Shown: positions 11,751-24,532 of the stretch, piece after piece
Layout: each line of letters starts with the position of its first letter
Position numbering within the stretch: position 1 is the stretch's first letter
The notes under the pieces: model-generated
Told to the model about the DNA's origin: nothing
The model's input: only the letters and a program-made list of their open reading frames with translations
The model's database searches: none
Position numbers and translations under genes: made by a program
Origin: Negaprion brevirostris
Lineage: Eukaryota
Reading direction: 5' to 3'
Assembly: GCA_030324005.1 (NCBI GenBank)
Contig: JARDVH010000193.1
Span: forward strand, 19,606,423 to 19,670,422
Length of the DNA stretch: 64,000 nucleotides

Positions 11751-12421
11751 ACATTGTTCTTACGGTTTGGTGCTGGTGTCACGAGAGATTAGATTTTCAC
11801 TGTGAGGTTTTCCAGTCCCACCAGCATTGTCATGGGTGGCACAGGAAAATTTGGAGATGCCCGCTGCTAGCGGAACTAGAAAGAACAGCTCTGTTAGTGC
11901 AATGGAGCAAAAGCCTCAGCTGCCTTCTCAAGACTGCAGGCCGCTCTTTGCAATAGGGTCATTTGCAAAGCTAAGGAAGGCTGCTCCTGCCTCTCTGGAT
12001 GTATCAGCTTGATTTCTTGAGGTTGCCAATCATCCTCCAATATCTTACTCACACATTTTATGCATGAATCTAAATGGTGAATGAACCTTGGCAGGTGGGC
12101 CTTAATATTTCATGGTGAACAGAATCCACTTGTGCACTTGGTGCCTGGCTGACATTCTCAACCTAGCCCAGGAACACGGATACCAGTTATAATACCACCA
12201 TCACCTACAGGGCCAAAATTAGGTAGATCAGCACAGGACAAGGATTGAATCGAGAATATTCCTGGTCCCCATACTCAACCACCTGCACTTATCAGGTAAA
12301 TAGTCAGGGGTCCATTCTTCAGGAATTTACAGAATAAAGAATTAGATGTTTTGTGTATTTCATTATATTTCAAAAGTTATAGTAGCAAAAAGGATTTGAT
12401 TGAATTTATTATTGTCATGCA

Positions 12422-12690
12422 AAGTTTATTTATTAGTATCACAAATAAGCTTACATTAACACCACAATGAAGTTACTACGAAAATCGCCTAGCCGCCACG
12501 CTCTGGCGCCTGTTCAAGAATTTAGCATGGTCAATGCACCTAATGTCATTCAGACTGTGGGAGGAAACCCATGCAGACGCGGGGAGAACGTGCAGACTCC
12601 ATGCATACGGTGATCCAAGCTGGGGATCGAACCCGGGTCCCTGGCATTATGAGGCTGCAGTGCTGACCACTGTGCCACCGTACCACCCAC
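12422..12690 (-). mobile_element. V-SINE with alternative (Rex/Babar-like) tail
   Basis: Reverse complement of the HE1 head and V-domain followed by gaacaggcgccagagcgtggcggctagg...taacttcattgtggtgttaatgtaagcttatttgtgatactaataaataaac. Confidence 0.85.
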
Positions 12691-12774
12691 ATGCATCANN
12701 NNNNNNNNNNNNNNNNNNNNNNNNNNNNNNNNNNNNNNNNNNNNNNNNNNNNTATGGTACAGGGGGGTTGGGGG

Positions 12775-12890
12775 GGGGTGGAATTTTCCCATCCTGCCCG
12801 CCATGGGAATCGGGCAGGACATGGATCTTGCAAAGGTCCATGGGCAGCATCTTTTAGCATAGGTGAGCGCGGCTGGAAAATCCTGCCCAG
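12775..12890. mobile_element. Hairpin MITE
   Basis: ggggtggaattttccc ... ggaaaatcctgccc inverted ends. Confidence 0.7.
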
Positions 12891-12928
12891 GGAGAAGGAA
12901 AGGACAGGGTACGGAATACAATGTTGCA

Positions 12929-12970
12929 ACACACACACACAAACACACACACACACACACACTCACACAC
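12929..12970. repeat. (CA)n microsatellite
   Basis: Direct reading. Confidence 0.95.
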
Positions 12971-13723
12971 AAGCAACATTACAATTCTGTTCTGGCCAAT
13001 CCAGACATATTTTTCTGTAGTCTCATTTTCTGACTGAATTTCTTTTCTTCATACAGAACCATCTCTTATTTTGTCCTTTCTCAAATCAAGGCATCTCATT
13101 CTCATCTTCATTCAGTCAGAAAGGAAAGCAAAAGCTAATGCAGAATTCCCCAGCACCAAATCCATTCACAGTTGCTGCACAGTGCGAAACAATGACATTT
13201 GCTCCAAGGTGAGGCATCCTACCTCGTATCCCCAGTGAGAAGCAGAATTTTTTTTATTAAAACTAAGATCAAAATGATAAATCTTAGCACTAGGTGCAAT
13301 CAGCAATGTAATTGCATCACCAATTGTGTCATTGTATCTGCTGTGCGCAGTACAGAAATATGCCTTGTGACATCTCCCCAGTAACAAAGTGCAACTATAT
13401 GTAGATGTGCAGGGCTGCATTTTATTAAAGAGCTGTTGAACAATATGAACAAAATTTCCTCCTTCATCAGAACTGAGGTTATTTATCGCATAGNNNNNNN
13501 NNNNNNNNNNNNNNNNNNNNNNNNNNNNNNNNNNNNNNNNNNNNNNNNNNNNNNNNNNNNNNNNNNNNNNNNNNNNNNNNNNNNNNNNNNNNNNNNNNNN
13601 NNNNNNNNNNNNNNNNNNNNNNNNNNNNNNNNNNNNNNNNNNNNNNNNNNNNNNNNNNNNNNNNNNNNNNNNNNNNNNNNNNNNNNNNNNNNNNNNNNNN
13701 NNNNNNNNNNNNNNNNNNNNNNN

Positions 13724-14291
13724 ATAAGGCTTTGGTCAGACCATATTTTGAGTATTATAAGCAATTTTGCAGCGTATATCTAAGGAAGGATGTGCCGGCT
13801 GTGGAGAGAGTCCAGAGGAGGTTCACAAGAATGATTCCAGGAATGAAAAACTTGATGTATGAAAGCATTTGAAGATTCTGGGTCTGTACTCAATGGGGTT
13901 TAAAAGAATGAAAGGAATCTCATTGAAACTTACAGAATACCGAAAGGCCTGAATAGAGTGGACATGGGGGAGACGCTTCCAATAGTAGGAGAGACTAGAG
14001 TCCGAGGGCACAGCCTCAGACTAAAGGGACGACCCTTTAGAACTGAGATGAGGAGGAATTTCTTCAGCCAGAGGGTGGTGAATCGATGGAATTCATTGCC
14101 ACAGAGGGCTATGGAGGCCGTGTCATTGAGTGTATTTAAGACAGAGATACATAGGTTCTTGATTGGTAAGGGGATCAAAGGTTATGGGGAAAATGCAGGA
14201 GAATAGAGATGAGAAAATTATCAGCCATGATTGAAAGAGAGCAGACTCGATGGGCTGAATGGCCTAATACTACTTCAATACGTTATGGTCT
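13724..14291 (+). mobile_element. CR1/HER1 LINE 3' end
   Basis: KALVRPYFEY..; GETRVRGHSLRLKGRPFRTEMRRNFFSQRVVNRWNSLPQRAMEA; 3' UTR gcagactcgatgggctgaatggcct. Confidence 0.93.
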
Positions 14292-14779
14292 AACATTTTC
14301 TCTCAGCATAGGTTCACAATGTTACATTATATATTATTAAACTTCTTTTCAAGAATGCAATATAAATCTAAGAATTAAGTCTGCTTTTATGTAAAGTTTC
14401 ACTGTTGGTTCTTGGGACTTTTTTTTCCTGTAATTTATTCTTGTGAATGCAAAGTAATTATGTTCAAAAAAGTTCAAATTGTTCATCTGTGTAAGCCCTG
14501 ATTAATCTATTTGGAAGTTCAGCACTCTCCTATCTTCACATTACTGAACATGTATTCGCACTGCCCCACATCCCACCAATAAACTTTAAAGCAATCATCA
14601 ACTACTTTCAGCGTGATTGCTGATGGATTTCTACTATTTGTGTTGCAATTGTAGACATGTTTGGCGGTTTTAAGAGTTATTTAAAGTTGGGGAAGTTTAA
14701 TGTTGTGACATGTGCTGCATGACATTGTCCTGTCTTCAAGAATTTTGAACAAATTACTTCCTATAAATGCTGTGGTATG

Positions 14780-15690
14780 CATACCCTCTGGGCTAAAGCA
14801 TGTAAGGGGGAATGAGCAGGACAAGCTGCTAGAAGAGGGAGGAGAAGGAGGAGAAGAACTGCTCTTAGCAGGATACCATATCCCCCCAAAGTGTTGAAGA
14901 TGTAATTCTCCTGCCTGAACCTCAGTGAAGAATGGTGCATCAGGCACCTCCTCTCCAATAATGACATCCTCATTGAAATTTGCAACCTGCTGCAGGTATA
15001 GTCTTGAGCAGGTCAAGGATTACCAGTGACTGTGAAAGAGACAATGACCATGCATGTTTATGTATCAGGCTTTTTCCAGGATGGATAAGTGACATTTGCA
15101 ACATATCTTGGTTGAAAGAAGAAGTCACTGAGGCTCNNNNNNNNNNNNNNNNNNNTGTGGCACAGTGGTTAGCATAGCTCACTCTCAGTGCCAGGGACCT
15201 GGGTCCTATTCTGACCTTGGGTGACTGTCTGTGTGATGTTTGCACATTCTCCTTGTATGTGCATAGGTTTCTTCCAGATGCTCCAGTTTCCTCCCACAGT
15301 CCAAAGATGTGCAGGGTAAGTTGATTGGCCATGCAAAATTGTTCCTTAGTATCCAAGGGATGTGTGGGTTAGGGGAAATAGCCTAATAAAAATGTGGGGT
15401 TACGGGGATAGGGCCTGGGTAGGATGCTCTACCGAAGAGTTGGTGCAGACTTGATGGACTGAATGGTCTCCTTCTATGTATGAAAACTTGCCAAAGGGAA
15501 GCAGCAATAGTAAGCATGTGTCTTCTTGGAGATTTCATTCTCCGTGGTACATGTATGAGTCATGGAGGTCAATGATTGTTATCCTGGAGCCTTCACACTG
15601 TGCCAGTCTGTTCTATCATCTGCATTTGAGTCACGTTGGCAAACTAAGGGATGGATCTTAGGCAACAGGGGTTACATTTGTCTGGAAGAC
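14780..15690 (+). pseudogene. Degenerate Harbinger (HARBI1-like DDE) transposase, interrupted by a SINE
   Basis: RRRRRTALSRIPYPPKV..FSCLNLSEEWCIRHL...EICNLLQ...LPVTVKETMTMHVYVSGFFQ / SDICNIS...EVTEA | SINE | VMEVNDCYPG..LCQSVLSSAFE..QTKGWILGNRGY (GWLLGDxGY motif with D>N). Confidence 0.8.
15156..15475 (+). mobile_element. HE1 V-SINE (CR1 tail)
   Basis: gtggcacagtggttagc head, V-domain tttcctcccacagtccaaagatgtgc, tail gcagacttgatggactgaatggtctccttct. Confidence 0.9.
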
Positions 15691-16144
15691 CTCTGGGGAT
15701 CCTGTGGGTAAATTATTTTTCTTCTGCCTCCTACCTCCTGCATTAAGGCCTGTGGTGCAATATCATAACATTTTCAGGATTGTGCTCTGTTATGTGGTGT
15801 CATTTAGGTCTCCTTTTTTTTGGTCAATCTTGCCTCTATAATGACTTCCAAGGTGGGAGTTACTTGCCGCGTGTGCCCCAAGACCAGAAATTCCTGCATG
15901 AGATCAACAGACATTTAAATGTTCCACCACACTTTCTGTCCTGCCCACTACAATTTTTGTGGTGGGCGGGGCAAAATTCCGTCTTGAGAGTTTTCAGCAG
16001 CCAAAATACACATCCCCTTTAAGAGGTGCTGGTTTGTTTTAAGAAATGCATTCACACCTCTCTCGAGCTTGGTCCCTCTGCTGAGGCATGGAGCAACTCA
16101 ATAGCATGCTTGCTGTACACTGTAGTCATCGAAATGAACTGCAG

Positions 16145-16460
16145 TTTTTTTATTCATTGATGGGACATGGATGTCGCTGGCTAGGCCAGTATTTACTGTC
16201 CATCTCTAGCTGCCTGGAGGCAGTTGTAAGCCAACCACAGTGTTGTGGATCTGGTGTCACAGGTAGGCCAGACCAGGTAAGGACTGCAGATTTCCTTCCC
16301 GAAAGGACATGAGCGAGACTGATGGGTCTTTTTCTGACATTTGACAATGGTTTTATGGTCATTAGCAGACTCTTAGTTCCAAAGATTTTTATTGGATTCA
16401 AATTCCACCCAGGTCCCCAGAACATTAGCTGGGTTTCTGGATTCATAATCAAGCGATAAT
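16145..16460 (-). mobile_element. Second tRNA-derived SINE family
   Basis: Reverse complement homologous to 5308-5630 (ggccagaccaggtaaggactgcagatttccttccc). Confidence 0.8.
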
Positions 16461-16718
16461 CCCACCCAGGTCCTATTCCCACAACCCCACATGTTTACCC
16501 TGCTTATCCCCCAACACTAGAATCAATTTAGCATGGCCAATCAACCTAACCCTCATGTCTTTGGACTGTGGGGGGAAACTGGAGAACCCAGAGGAAACCC
16601 ATGCAGACATAGGGAGAATGTGCAAACTCCATGCAGAGAGTGACCTGAGGCTGGAATTAAACCCAGGTCCCTGGTGCTGTGAGGCAGCAGTGTTAACCAC
16701 TGTGCCACCATGCAGCCC
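16458..16718 (-). mobile_element. HE1 V-SINE
   Basis: ttggactgtggggggaaactggagaacccagaggaaaccc...gaggcagcagtgttaaccactgtgccacc. Confidence 0.9.
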
Positions 16719-17384
16719 AGTTTACTGTAGCGTATGCTATCCCCTTTGCTTAATCAGTCAAAGTCAGAGCAGCAAAGCTGAAAAGTCTCCTTTCACAGTA
16801 GACAACAAGATGCTGTGCATCTTTGACTTGCTTTAGTTTAAGCTTACCAAACTCATTTTTGTCAAGTACTTAAATAAGTATTTTATTTATTTTTGATAAT
16901 CCATTGATTTCAAACCCCTTGGGATGAATTGAACACCGGATAAGACGCTTTCCAAACACAGATATATTTGTTCATAAAACAGTGCCTTATGTGGGATCTG
17001 TATTTACTGTCATCAGTTATTGCAGTGTTTACATGCCACATTTTTATGTCTCCTGAAAAATTATGTATGCCTACAAGATGCATGAGCCATATTTCTAATT
17101 GAAGATTATGCATTGTAACTTACATTTTACAATGCAATTAATTATTATCCCACTCTCATCCCTTTGTTCTTGCGTCATTTTTACTTTTACTATTTTGCTT
17201 AGCATGCTATTCAGTCAATGTGTAATTACATACAGCCAGATCTGCAAGCTCCCTTCCATTCTCTAAGGTTCCTGAGCATATTGTTACCTTCCTGCTCCAT
17301 GCACACCACCCCTACATAAATTACTGCAGATTAGTATTAATGCTGGTTTAATTCAGTAACAAATCTCCCCTGAGATCAAAGACT

Positions 17385-17710
17385 TCCCTGAACAAAATCA
17401 CCAGTGATATCCTGTGATTGCAACTGGTGAGTTTTGTCTCTTCCTTTTTTCCTTGACCCCTGTGCCATACTTGACATGGTTGACCATGCTATTCTCCACC
17501 ACCTCCTTGTTGGTCTGGCTCTATGATAACTGATTCCACTGCTATTGTGTTTATTGCAGATGGAACACCTCTAGCAGTGTTGACGCCTGCTATCCCTACA
17601 TGTCCATCTCTGGAATTCCTCAAGGATTCACACTTGGCACCTCCTCTTGGAACAGCTTCCAATGCATGCTGATTATACCCAGGTCTGCTTTTTCTCTGCT
17701 TCCCTTAATC
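17385..17710 (+). mobile_element. Old L2-clade LINE RT relic
   Basis: Decayed motifs: KITSDIL, cttgacccctgtgccatacttgacatggttgaccat (LDLSAAFDTVDH-like), SGIPQGFTLG, HADYTQ (YADDTQ-like). Confidence 0.65.
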
Positions 17711-17861
17711 CCATGATCATCTATATAATGCACAGTCCCATGTTGGAGGCACAAATTTGTACTACAGAAATGTTTATTCATGTCATTTCCCATCTTTTAC
17801 TTTTAACTTCTCTCCATGCATTTGATAAAGGCTTTGATTATAGGAGATCTATGTGTGGGCT

Positions 17862-18003
17862 TAAGAACATAAGAAATAGGAGCAGGAGTAGGCCATCTAG
17901 CCCCTCGAGCCTGCCGCGCCATTCAGTAAGATCATGGCTGATCTGTCGTGGCTCAGTTCCACACTCCCGTCCTCTCCCCATAACCCTTAATCCCCTCGCC
18001 TAT
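17862..18003 (-). mobile_element. CR1 3' UTR running into a gap
   Basis: taagaacataagaaataggagcaggagtaggccatctagcccctcgagcctgcc, nearly identical to 36970-37024 and to the reverse complement of 59079-59158. Confidence 0.88.
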
Positions 18004-21000
18004 NNNNNNNNNNNNNNNNNNNNNNNNNNNNNNNNNNNNNNNNNNNNNNNNNNNNNNNNNNNNNNNNNNNNNNNNNNNNNNNNNNNNNNNNNNNNNNNNN
18101 NNNTCTCATCCTACCGTACTCCCCTCTGTTCAAACAAAGGACTCGTGTCCGGGAACCCACTTTCTCCTCCTCCATCTGCATCAGAAACTCCACCAATGGC
18201 GGGCTTGGTACCAGCTGATCTTTATTTCTATGGACTTGTGTGACTGCCTGACTGTCCATCAAGTCGATAGCCATATTCATAACTTTAAATACAGAGGCAG
18301 CCTGCTTATCTGTGGGATGTGGACAGGGGACCTGATATCACATTATTTTGAAATATATGTTTTAAAGAGACATAAAAAGGTGGTTTGTATTTTAAGATGA
18401 CCATCGGTATAGATTTCTTACATCTCTCGGTCATTTAGTTCGGGTTGTAAAATAATTTTGAATCTTGCAATGTTTTAAATGGTGTTGAAACTTGCATCCA
18501 TGGAGGTGAAATAATAAATTAAATGTCAACTGTCAATACCACTGGGCTTCATTGTGGCAGCAAATTCAGTGGATGTGTAATTGCTCACATGGGCTGTTCC
18601 ATTTATATTTTCTCAGACTTTACAGTATCCTGTCTTAATTTTTGTAACTTCCTCTAATCAATTTTAATGTATCTATTATTAATGTCTTTAAGCTCCATTT
18701 CCCGGCAGGAGACAAACTGGTTATCGCCTACGCTGAAGCAATAAAACTAAAAATTAAAAAGTGGGCACGAATAAAGATGACAGCATGACGTGCACATTTG
18801 TATGAATAATTAGAACATATGAAGCAGGTTATATTTTTGAAATAGATTAAAAAGGCTGCAGGAATACTCTTAGTAGTGTTAGTTCGTTCAATAATTCAGC
18901 TTACAGTTCCAAGTGAATAGGCCCAGATCACAGGTTGATAGATTTTCAATGTATAAAATCATGCCCCATACCTATCTGAAAGGGATACTCTGCCTTTAAT
19001 TTTTTTTCCACCTGGAAAATGAGAAAGCCGCCTACGGTGGCGCAGTTGCCGTTCTTTAATCAAATCCTAAGATATATCAAATTTGCATGTTTATCCAGTG
19101 AACTCACAGTCAAAGCTCCATACCCATGCATCACATTTACGATGGCGACAAACTTTAATGCATATAATATCTTCGCACTAACTCAAGATGGAGTACTTCC
19201 ATTTAATGCAGTTGATGCAGAAAATGGCTGTGTGGTCAGATTATTCAGAATATCACACTGACTGCACAGGATGTGTGAACATGTACTGTTGATTTGTGTT
19301 CCCATTCCCAAGCAATTAAAGAGATTTCTGCGCATGTTGAGAACAATGTTTTGAAAAATTAGAACAATTTGTTTTAAGTGTACACTGTTGAGTCTAAGTC
19401 CTGCAACAGTGCTTTTGAGGCAGCAAACGTAATGCTACTATTTCAATGCAAATGTTGGTCTTATATTTAGCAATTGAAGTTCTTTACATCTTGTAGTAAC
19501 AACACTTCTTGGCTAGTGAAAAGTCAGACAAATATATATTTCAAAAGTGCCTTACAAATCAAGGGTTCCCTTACAAATGTGTTTACTTCAATAAAATCAA
19601 TATTGCTGATGTTAGAAACATATATTTATATGTTTGGATTTCATTACATTACATCTTTATATTCCCTCTATCCTTAGGGCCCTAAACACATCGCAACAAC
19701 CACAAATCTTTCTATTGATTCACAAGCACACCTGCTGTCTTCTGTCAGTAAGCTGATAGGTGTAATATGTGCATGCACGGCCATCTTCCAAATAATTTTG
19801 TCTTGTGCCGTGCACACAAAAAGCATGCCTAAGAACTCATGAAAGAATATTTCCATCCTGTTGCTTTATCAATAGGAAGGAATGAATAGAGCCTTGTTGT
19901 GTTGATTTTGCAAATCTGACTCACNNNNNNNNNNNNNNNNNNNNNNNNNNNNNNNNNNNNNNNNNNNNNNNNNNNNNNNNNNNNNNNNNNNNNNNNNNNN
20001 NNNNNNNNNNNNNNNNNNNNNNNNNNNNNNNNNNNNNNNNNNNNNNNNNNNNNNNNNNNNNCAAAGATGATGGCAGTGGCTGTCTTGGTGTCCTGTAATG
20101 AGCTCCATTTGTAATACATTAGCATGTCATGAATACTGAGTAGTGTAAAATATTTTAGAGTTATGCCCTTCCTTCAAGATAAAGTTCAGTGGGGCACAAC
20201 ATTTTCACGGCACCCAGTTCTCATTTGTTTAAAGATGGCGCACACCAGTCAGCTTTGTGCATTTGTGTTTGAGGTCAGTGGCTTTCTGTGTTGAACTCTG
20301 CAGCACAAGGGTGGGGAGCGGGAGACTGGCAGCTCGCATGGAGACTCCAGATCAGCAAGGGTGTGTACATGGTGAGAGAGGGGCTTGTGGTGGAGTTGGC
20401 AGCATTGAGGAATGGAACAGGGATCAAAGGGAGGACAGAGTGTGGGGTCCAGGACACAGAGCAGTCAAAGATGGGAGAATCTAGCGTCCTGGTATGATGG
20501 GAGGAGGTGATTGGTTGGCAGAGTTCTTACAGGGCTTTGAGCTCACCTACAACATTTCAGTTCCTCCCGTTAAGAGAGACCTCAGACAGTGTACTCTATA
20601 ATACATAGAAGAGAGAGCTAGCTGAACCTACAAGTTCAGCCATATCCCACAGAGTGGCGCGTACAACACCAGGCACTAATCTGAACATTCAATAAAGAGT
20701 GAATGCAAAAAACACAACATTGTTTCTTCCACTGTAAAGAAGTGCCCCCAGCTTCACTGTAACCATCAGTAAGTGCCAATCATGATTTGTGTGAGTACAT
20801 TTCGCTCTCTGACTGAGCTAGTTTCAACAAAAAATAATAATACACACATGAATAAAGAGAAAGCAATGTAATCTGGAATGTTTACAAGTGAATTTTAAAT
20901 TTGAAAATCACCTTTTGAGGGCCTTTGTGCCTCAAAGAAGCTCCTTCATAGCCCAACATACCTGCTGCATTGTCAGCTAATGGTGGATTCCACCACTGAA

Positions 21001-21123
21001 ATCCTTCCCCCACCACTGGATTGCATAAGCCTCCCATCCTCACCACTAGCACTTCTAATTTTTTTATTGAAATAACATGGCAACCAGCAAAAAGTAAGAG
21101 AGCGAAAGTGGCACCCACCACCT

Positions 21124-21790
21124 TTTTGACTTGATTTGATTTATTATTGTATTGGTATACAGTGAAAGGTATTGTTTCTTGCGTGCTCTTCAGACAAAGC
21201 ACACAGTTCATCGTGAAGGAAAGGAAAGAGTGCAGAATGTAATGTTCCAGTCATAGCTAGGGTGTAGACAACGATCAACTTAATGTGAGATAGGTCCATT
21301 CAAATGTCATGGTAGCAGGAACGAAGCTGTTCTCGAGTTGATTGGTACGTGTTCTCAGAATTTTGTATCTTTTTCCTGATGGAAGAAGGTGGAAGAGAGA
21401 ATGCCTGGGATGTGTGGGGTCCTTAATGATGCCGACTGCTTTGCAGGGGCAGCGGGAAATGTAAACAGAGTCAATGGATGGGAGGCTGGTTTTTGTGATG
21501 GACTGGGCTACATTCACAACCTTTTGTAGTTCCTTGCAGTCTCAGGCGGAGCAGGAGCCCATACCAAGCTGTGATACAACCAGAAAGAATACTTTCAATG
21601 GTGCATCTGTAAAAGTTGGTGAGAGTCGTAGCTGACATGCCAAATTTCCTTAGTCTTCTGAGGTGGTAGAGGCATTGGTGAACTTTCCTAACTATAGTGT
21701 CGGTATGGGTGGACCAGGACAGGTTGTTGGTGATCCAGACACCTAAAGACTTGAAGCTCCCGACCCTTTCTACTTTGTCCCTGTTGATGT
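21124..21790 (-). mobile_element. Rex1/Babar-clade LINE 3' end
   Basis: VERVGSFKSLGVWITNNLSWSTH...LYHLRRLRKFG...FYRCTIESILSGCITAWYG...HSLFHLLPSGKRYKILRTRTNQLENSF; (TCAAA)-like tail. Confidence 0.9.
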
Positions 21791-21920
21791 AGCCCAGTCC
21801 TGTCAGAATTTTATGCACTCTAATTTGATCACCTCTCATTCTGAATTTTGGTTGACCAAATCTCACCTCATACAACCCTGCCATCCCAGCAATCAGTCCG
21901 GTGAACCTTCACTGCACTCC
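21790..21920 (-). mobile_element. CR1 fragment
   Basis: AGLYEVR...RMRGDQIRVHKILTGL. Confidence 0.7.
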
Positions 21921-22074
21921 TGCTATGTGAGTTCTATCACAGCTTGATGAGTATATTTTACATAGAGGTGGCTGTTCATCCCTCATCCACAGAAGATTAA
22001 ACAGCGATATATCTGAAGTGTTTATAATAATTAAAAGACTTGATTCATGATAATCAGATAACTGCAAGATGACA

Positions 22075-22548
22075 AGGCAGGAGTGCATTGTGTCAGGGGA
22101 TTAGTATATTGGAATGGATTAAGTATTGGTTACCTAATAAGAAAAAGAGAGGTTATTTTATCAATGTCATAAGTAGGCTTACATTGACACTGCAATGAAG
22201 CCACTGTGAAAATCCCCTAGTCGTCACACTCCGGCACCTGTTCGGGTACACTGAGGGAGAATTCAGCATGGCCAATGCACCTAACCAGCGCGTCTTTTGG
22301 ACTATGGGAGGAAACTGGAGCACCCAGAGGAAACCCACACAGACACGGAGAGAACATGCAAACTCCACACAGGTAATGACTAAAGCTGGGAATCAAACCT
22401 GGGTCCCTGGCACTGTGAAGCAGCAGTGCTAACCACTGTGCCACCGTGCCACCCCAGAGTCGGGGTAAGTAAGTACTTCCAAACTGACGAACTGTAACTA
22501 ATGGAGTGCCACAGGGATTAATGCTTAGAACAGAGTTGAGGAGGAACT
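22075..22548 (+). mobile_element. CR1 RT fragment split by a SINE
   Basis: ILEWIKYWLPNKKKR|SINE|RVGVS...VTNGVPQGL; AGAG repeated at both SINE flanks. Confidence 0.7.
22153..22455 (-). mobile_element. V-SINE with Rex/Babar-like tail
   Basis: Full head and V-domain plus tail acccgaacaggtgccggagtgtgacgactaggggattttcacagt...gtaagcctacttatgacattgataaaataa. Confidence 0.9.
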
Positions 22549-22648
22549 NNNNNNNNNNNNNNNNNNNNNNNNNNNNNNNNNNNNNNNNNNNNNNNNNNNN
22601 NNNNNNNNNNNNNNNNNNNNNNNNNNNNNNNNNNNNNNNNNNNNNNNN

Positions 22649-22725
22649 TTAGTAAGGCACGACCTACCTGCAACAAAACCATGCTGGCTGTCTCTAATCA
22701 ATTTATTACTCTCCAAATAACTATA
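22649..22725 (-). mobile_element. CR1 RT fragment
   Basis: LESNKLIRDSQHGFVAGRSCLT (QHGF..GRSCLTN motif). Confidence 0.85.
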
Positions 22726-23790
22726 GTGGACATATCAATTTCCATAGTCTTCTGAGTAAGTAGAGACATTGGTTGGCTTATTTAATGACAGTGTCCGCCT
22801 GTTCCACTGTCAGGAAGAGCACACCACCATTAAAATTCTGCCATTTTTGTTCCTGATGTAAGTCTTGAACTGAATGGCACCATAAGTGTTTTACTTTAAT
22901 TAAAATTTAACTTGTCCTTTCAAAACATTGTTGCCCATTATGGATTTGTGAGGTGCTACCAAATCTTACTTAGAAATAAATTCAATTCAAGACACAAGGA
23001 CCCCGAAATTATAATGAGTACCTTGTTTGCCATTTAAATAGATGCATAGTACAGACAGGAATCTTGGACAAACACAAGCATTTGTACTTGAGAATTCCAT
23101 TGATAATATGTGATTATGAACCATTAACCTGATAGCATTATTATCACTGTTTGACAGAGTAATTGGCATTCATTTGGAAAGTTGTAACTAAAATTAGTGA
23201 GGCAAAATATGGCATTTTATGAATCATTTTTGTTTCATATGTTTCCTCTAAATTTTTGTGCATGCGATAAACCAAATTCTTATATCTCACATGGCAAAGT
23301 GGAGAGATGGAATTGAACACAACTCAAAATGTATATTGAAAATGTCTTCACAAATCACAGTTGAATTTGGAAGTCTTATGCTTTTAGTTTAGGTCTGATT
23401 TCAAGGACATGTCAATTCTTCTAGAAAAAAGAAATGTTTATTGAACCACCTCAGTTGACTTGGGAATGTTGCATGTTTTGAGGAGGATAAAAGAGGAAAT
23501 GTTCAACAACCCAAAAAACCTTTCCCCAGCTAAAATGATAACCTGAAGGTCAGCTCACAATCCTACACCGGTGTTGCTATGTAATTATCTGGGAAATGGA
23601 TGTGAAAGACTGAGATAGCTGTTTCTACCAATGCATTCAGTGTTTACTCTCTGAATCCAAGCACAGCTCGGGAATGTTTGGGTGATCAGAGGTATAAACA
23701 CATGATCTATTTATGCATTATGGTAGTCAGCCTTACATACAAGTCACCATATATTTTTATGCATATGATACTGCCGTTGTTTTTATCTAT

Positions 23791-24532
23791 GGGCGAAATT
23801 TTACGAGAATGATTCCAAGTGTCCAGCTAGTGTGAAAATGGAAAAGTTGCAGTTCCATTTTTTTTGGATGAGATTTTATACCCAATCTTATGCATATAAT
23901 GCATTAAAAAATTGGCTAGATGATTTCTAGCTGATACAGGCAGTGGGTGGGACTTAATTTGCCAGCCAGCAACAAATGGGACTAATGCAGATGCGCAGAT
24001 CTCTGATGCTACACATGCGCAATAGTAACAACAGAGGTCTCACAGAGAGAGAGAGAGAGAGAGCTATCAGGCTTCTGCCACTGTAGCCAGCCTGAGCAAA
24101 GCCACCATCCCCCTTGTCACACGGGCTGCGGCTGAGTGGCAGCAGGCCCCCCCCCCATCCCTCACCCCACTAATTGCAGACAGAATGCACAGCGGGCATC
24201 CCTTCCCCCCATATTGATCGCTTGCAGGGTGGCAGCAAGACCCTCCCCCATACCAATCACTTGCAAAGTGGCAGTGAGTGCCCCCGTCCCTTCCTGTTTG
24301 GGTAGCCCCTTTGGGCCCCAATCCATAAACCCCACCTCCATAGGCCTCTCCCAAATAGGCCCTGCCCCCGGCATTGCCAAGGTGCCACACTGGCAGTGCC
24401 AATGCACCAGGCTGGCACTGCCAGGCTGGAACTGCCCACGGGGCATCCTTTTTGCTTTCGGCCTTACAGAGGGGCCTCAATGACCTCTAATTCTACTGGC
24501 GAGGCCAACATGACTGTTCCCCGTTCATGGGG
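23791..24532. mobile_element. Long non-autonomous DNA element (GC-rich body with ggcactgcc/ggcagtgcc motifs)
   Basis: Starts gggcgaaattttac; similar to 38915-39920 (gtgaaaatggaa..gttt.., ccaatctta, gcgcatg core, ctggcactgcc repeats); includes (GA)n at 24044-24063. Confidence 0.55.

Noticed and set aside
21471-21884. 137-aa ORF resembling a real protein
   Set aside because: Chance fusion of a CR1 fragment and a Rex/Babar RT fragment, with a frameshift
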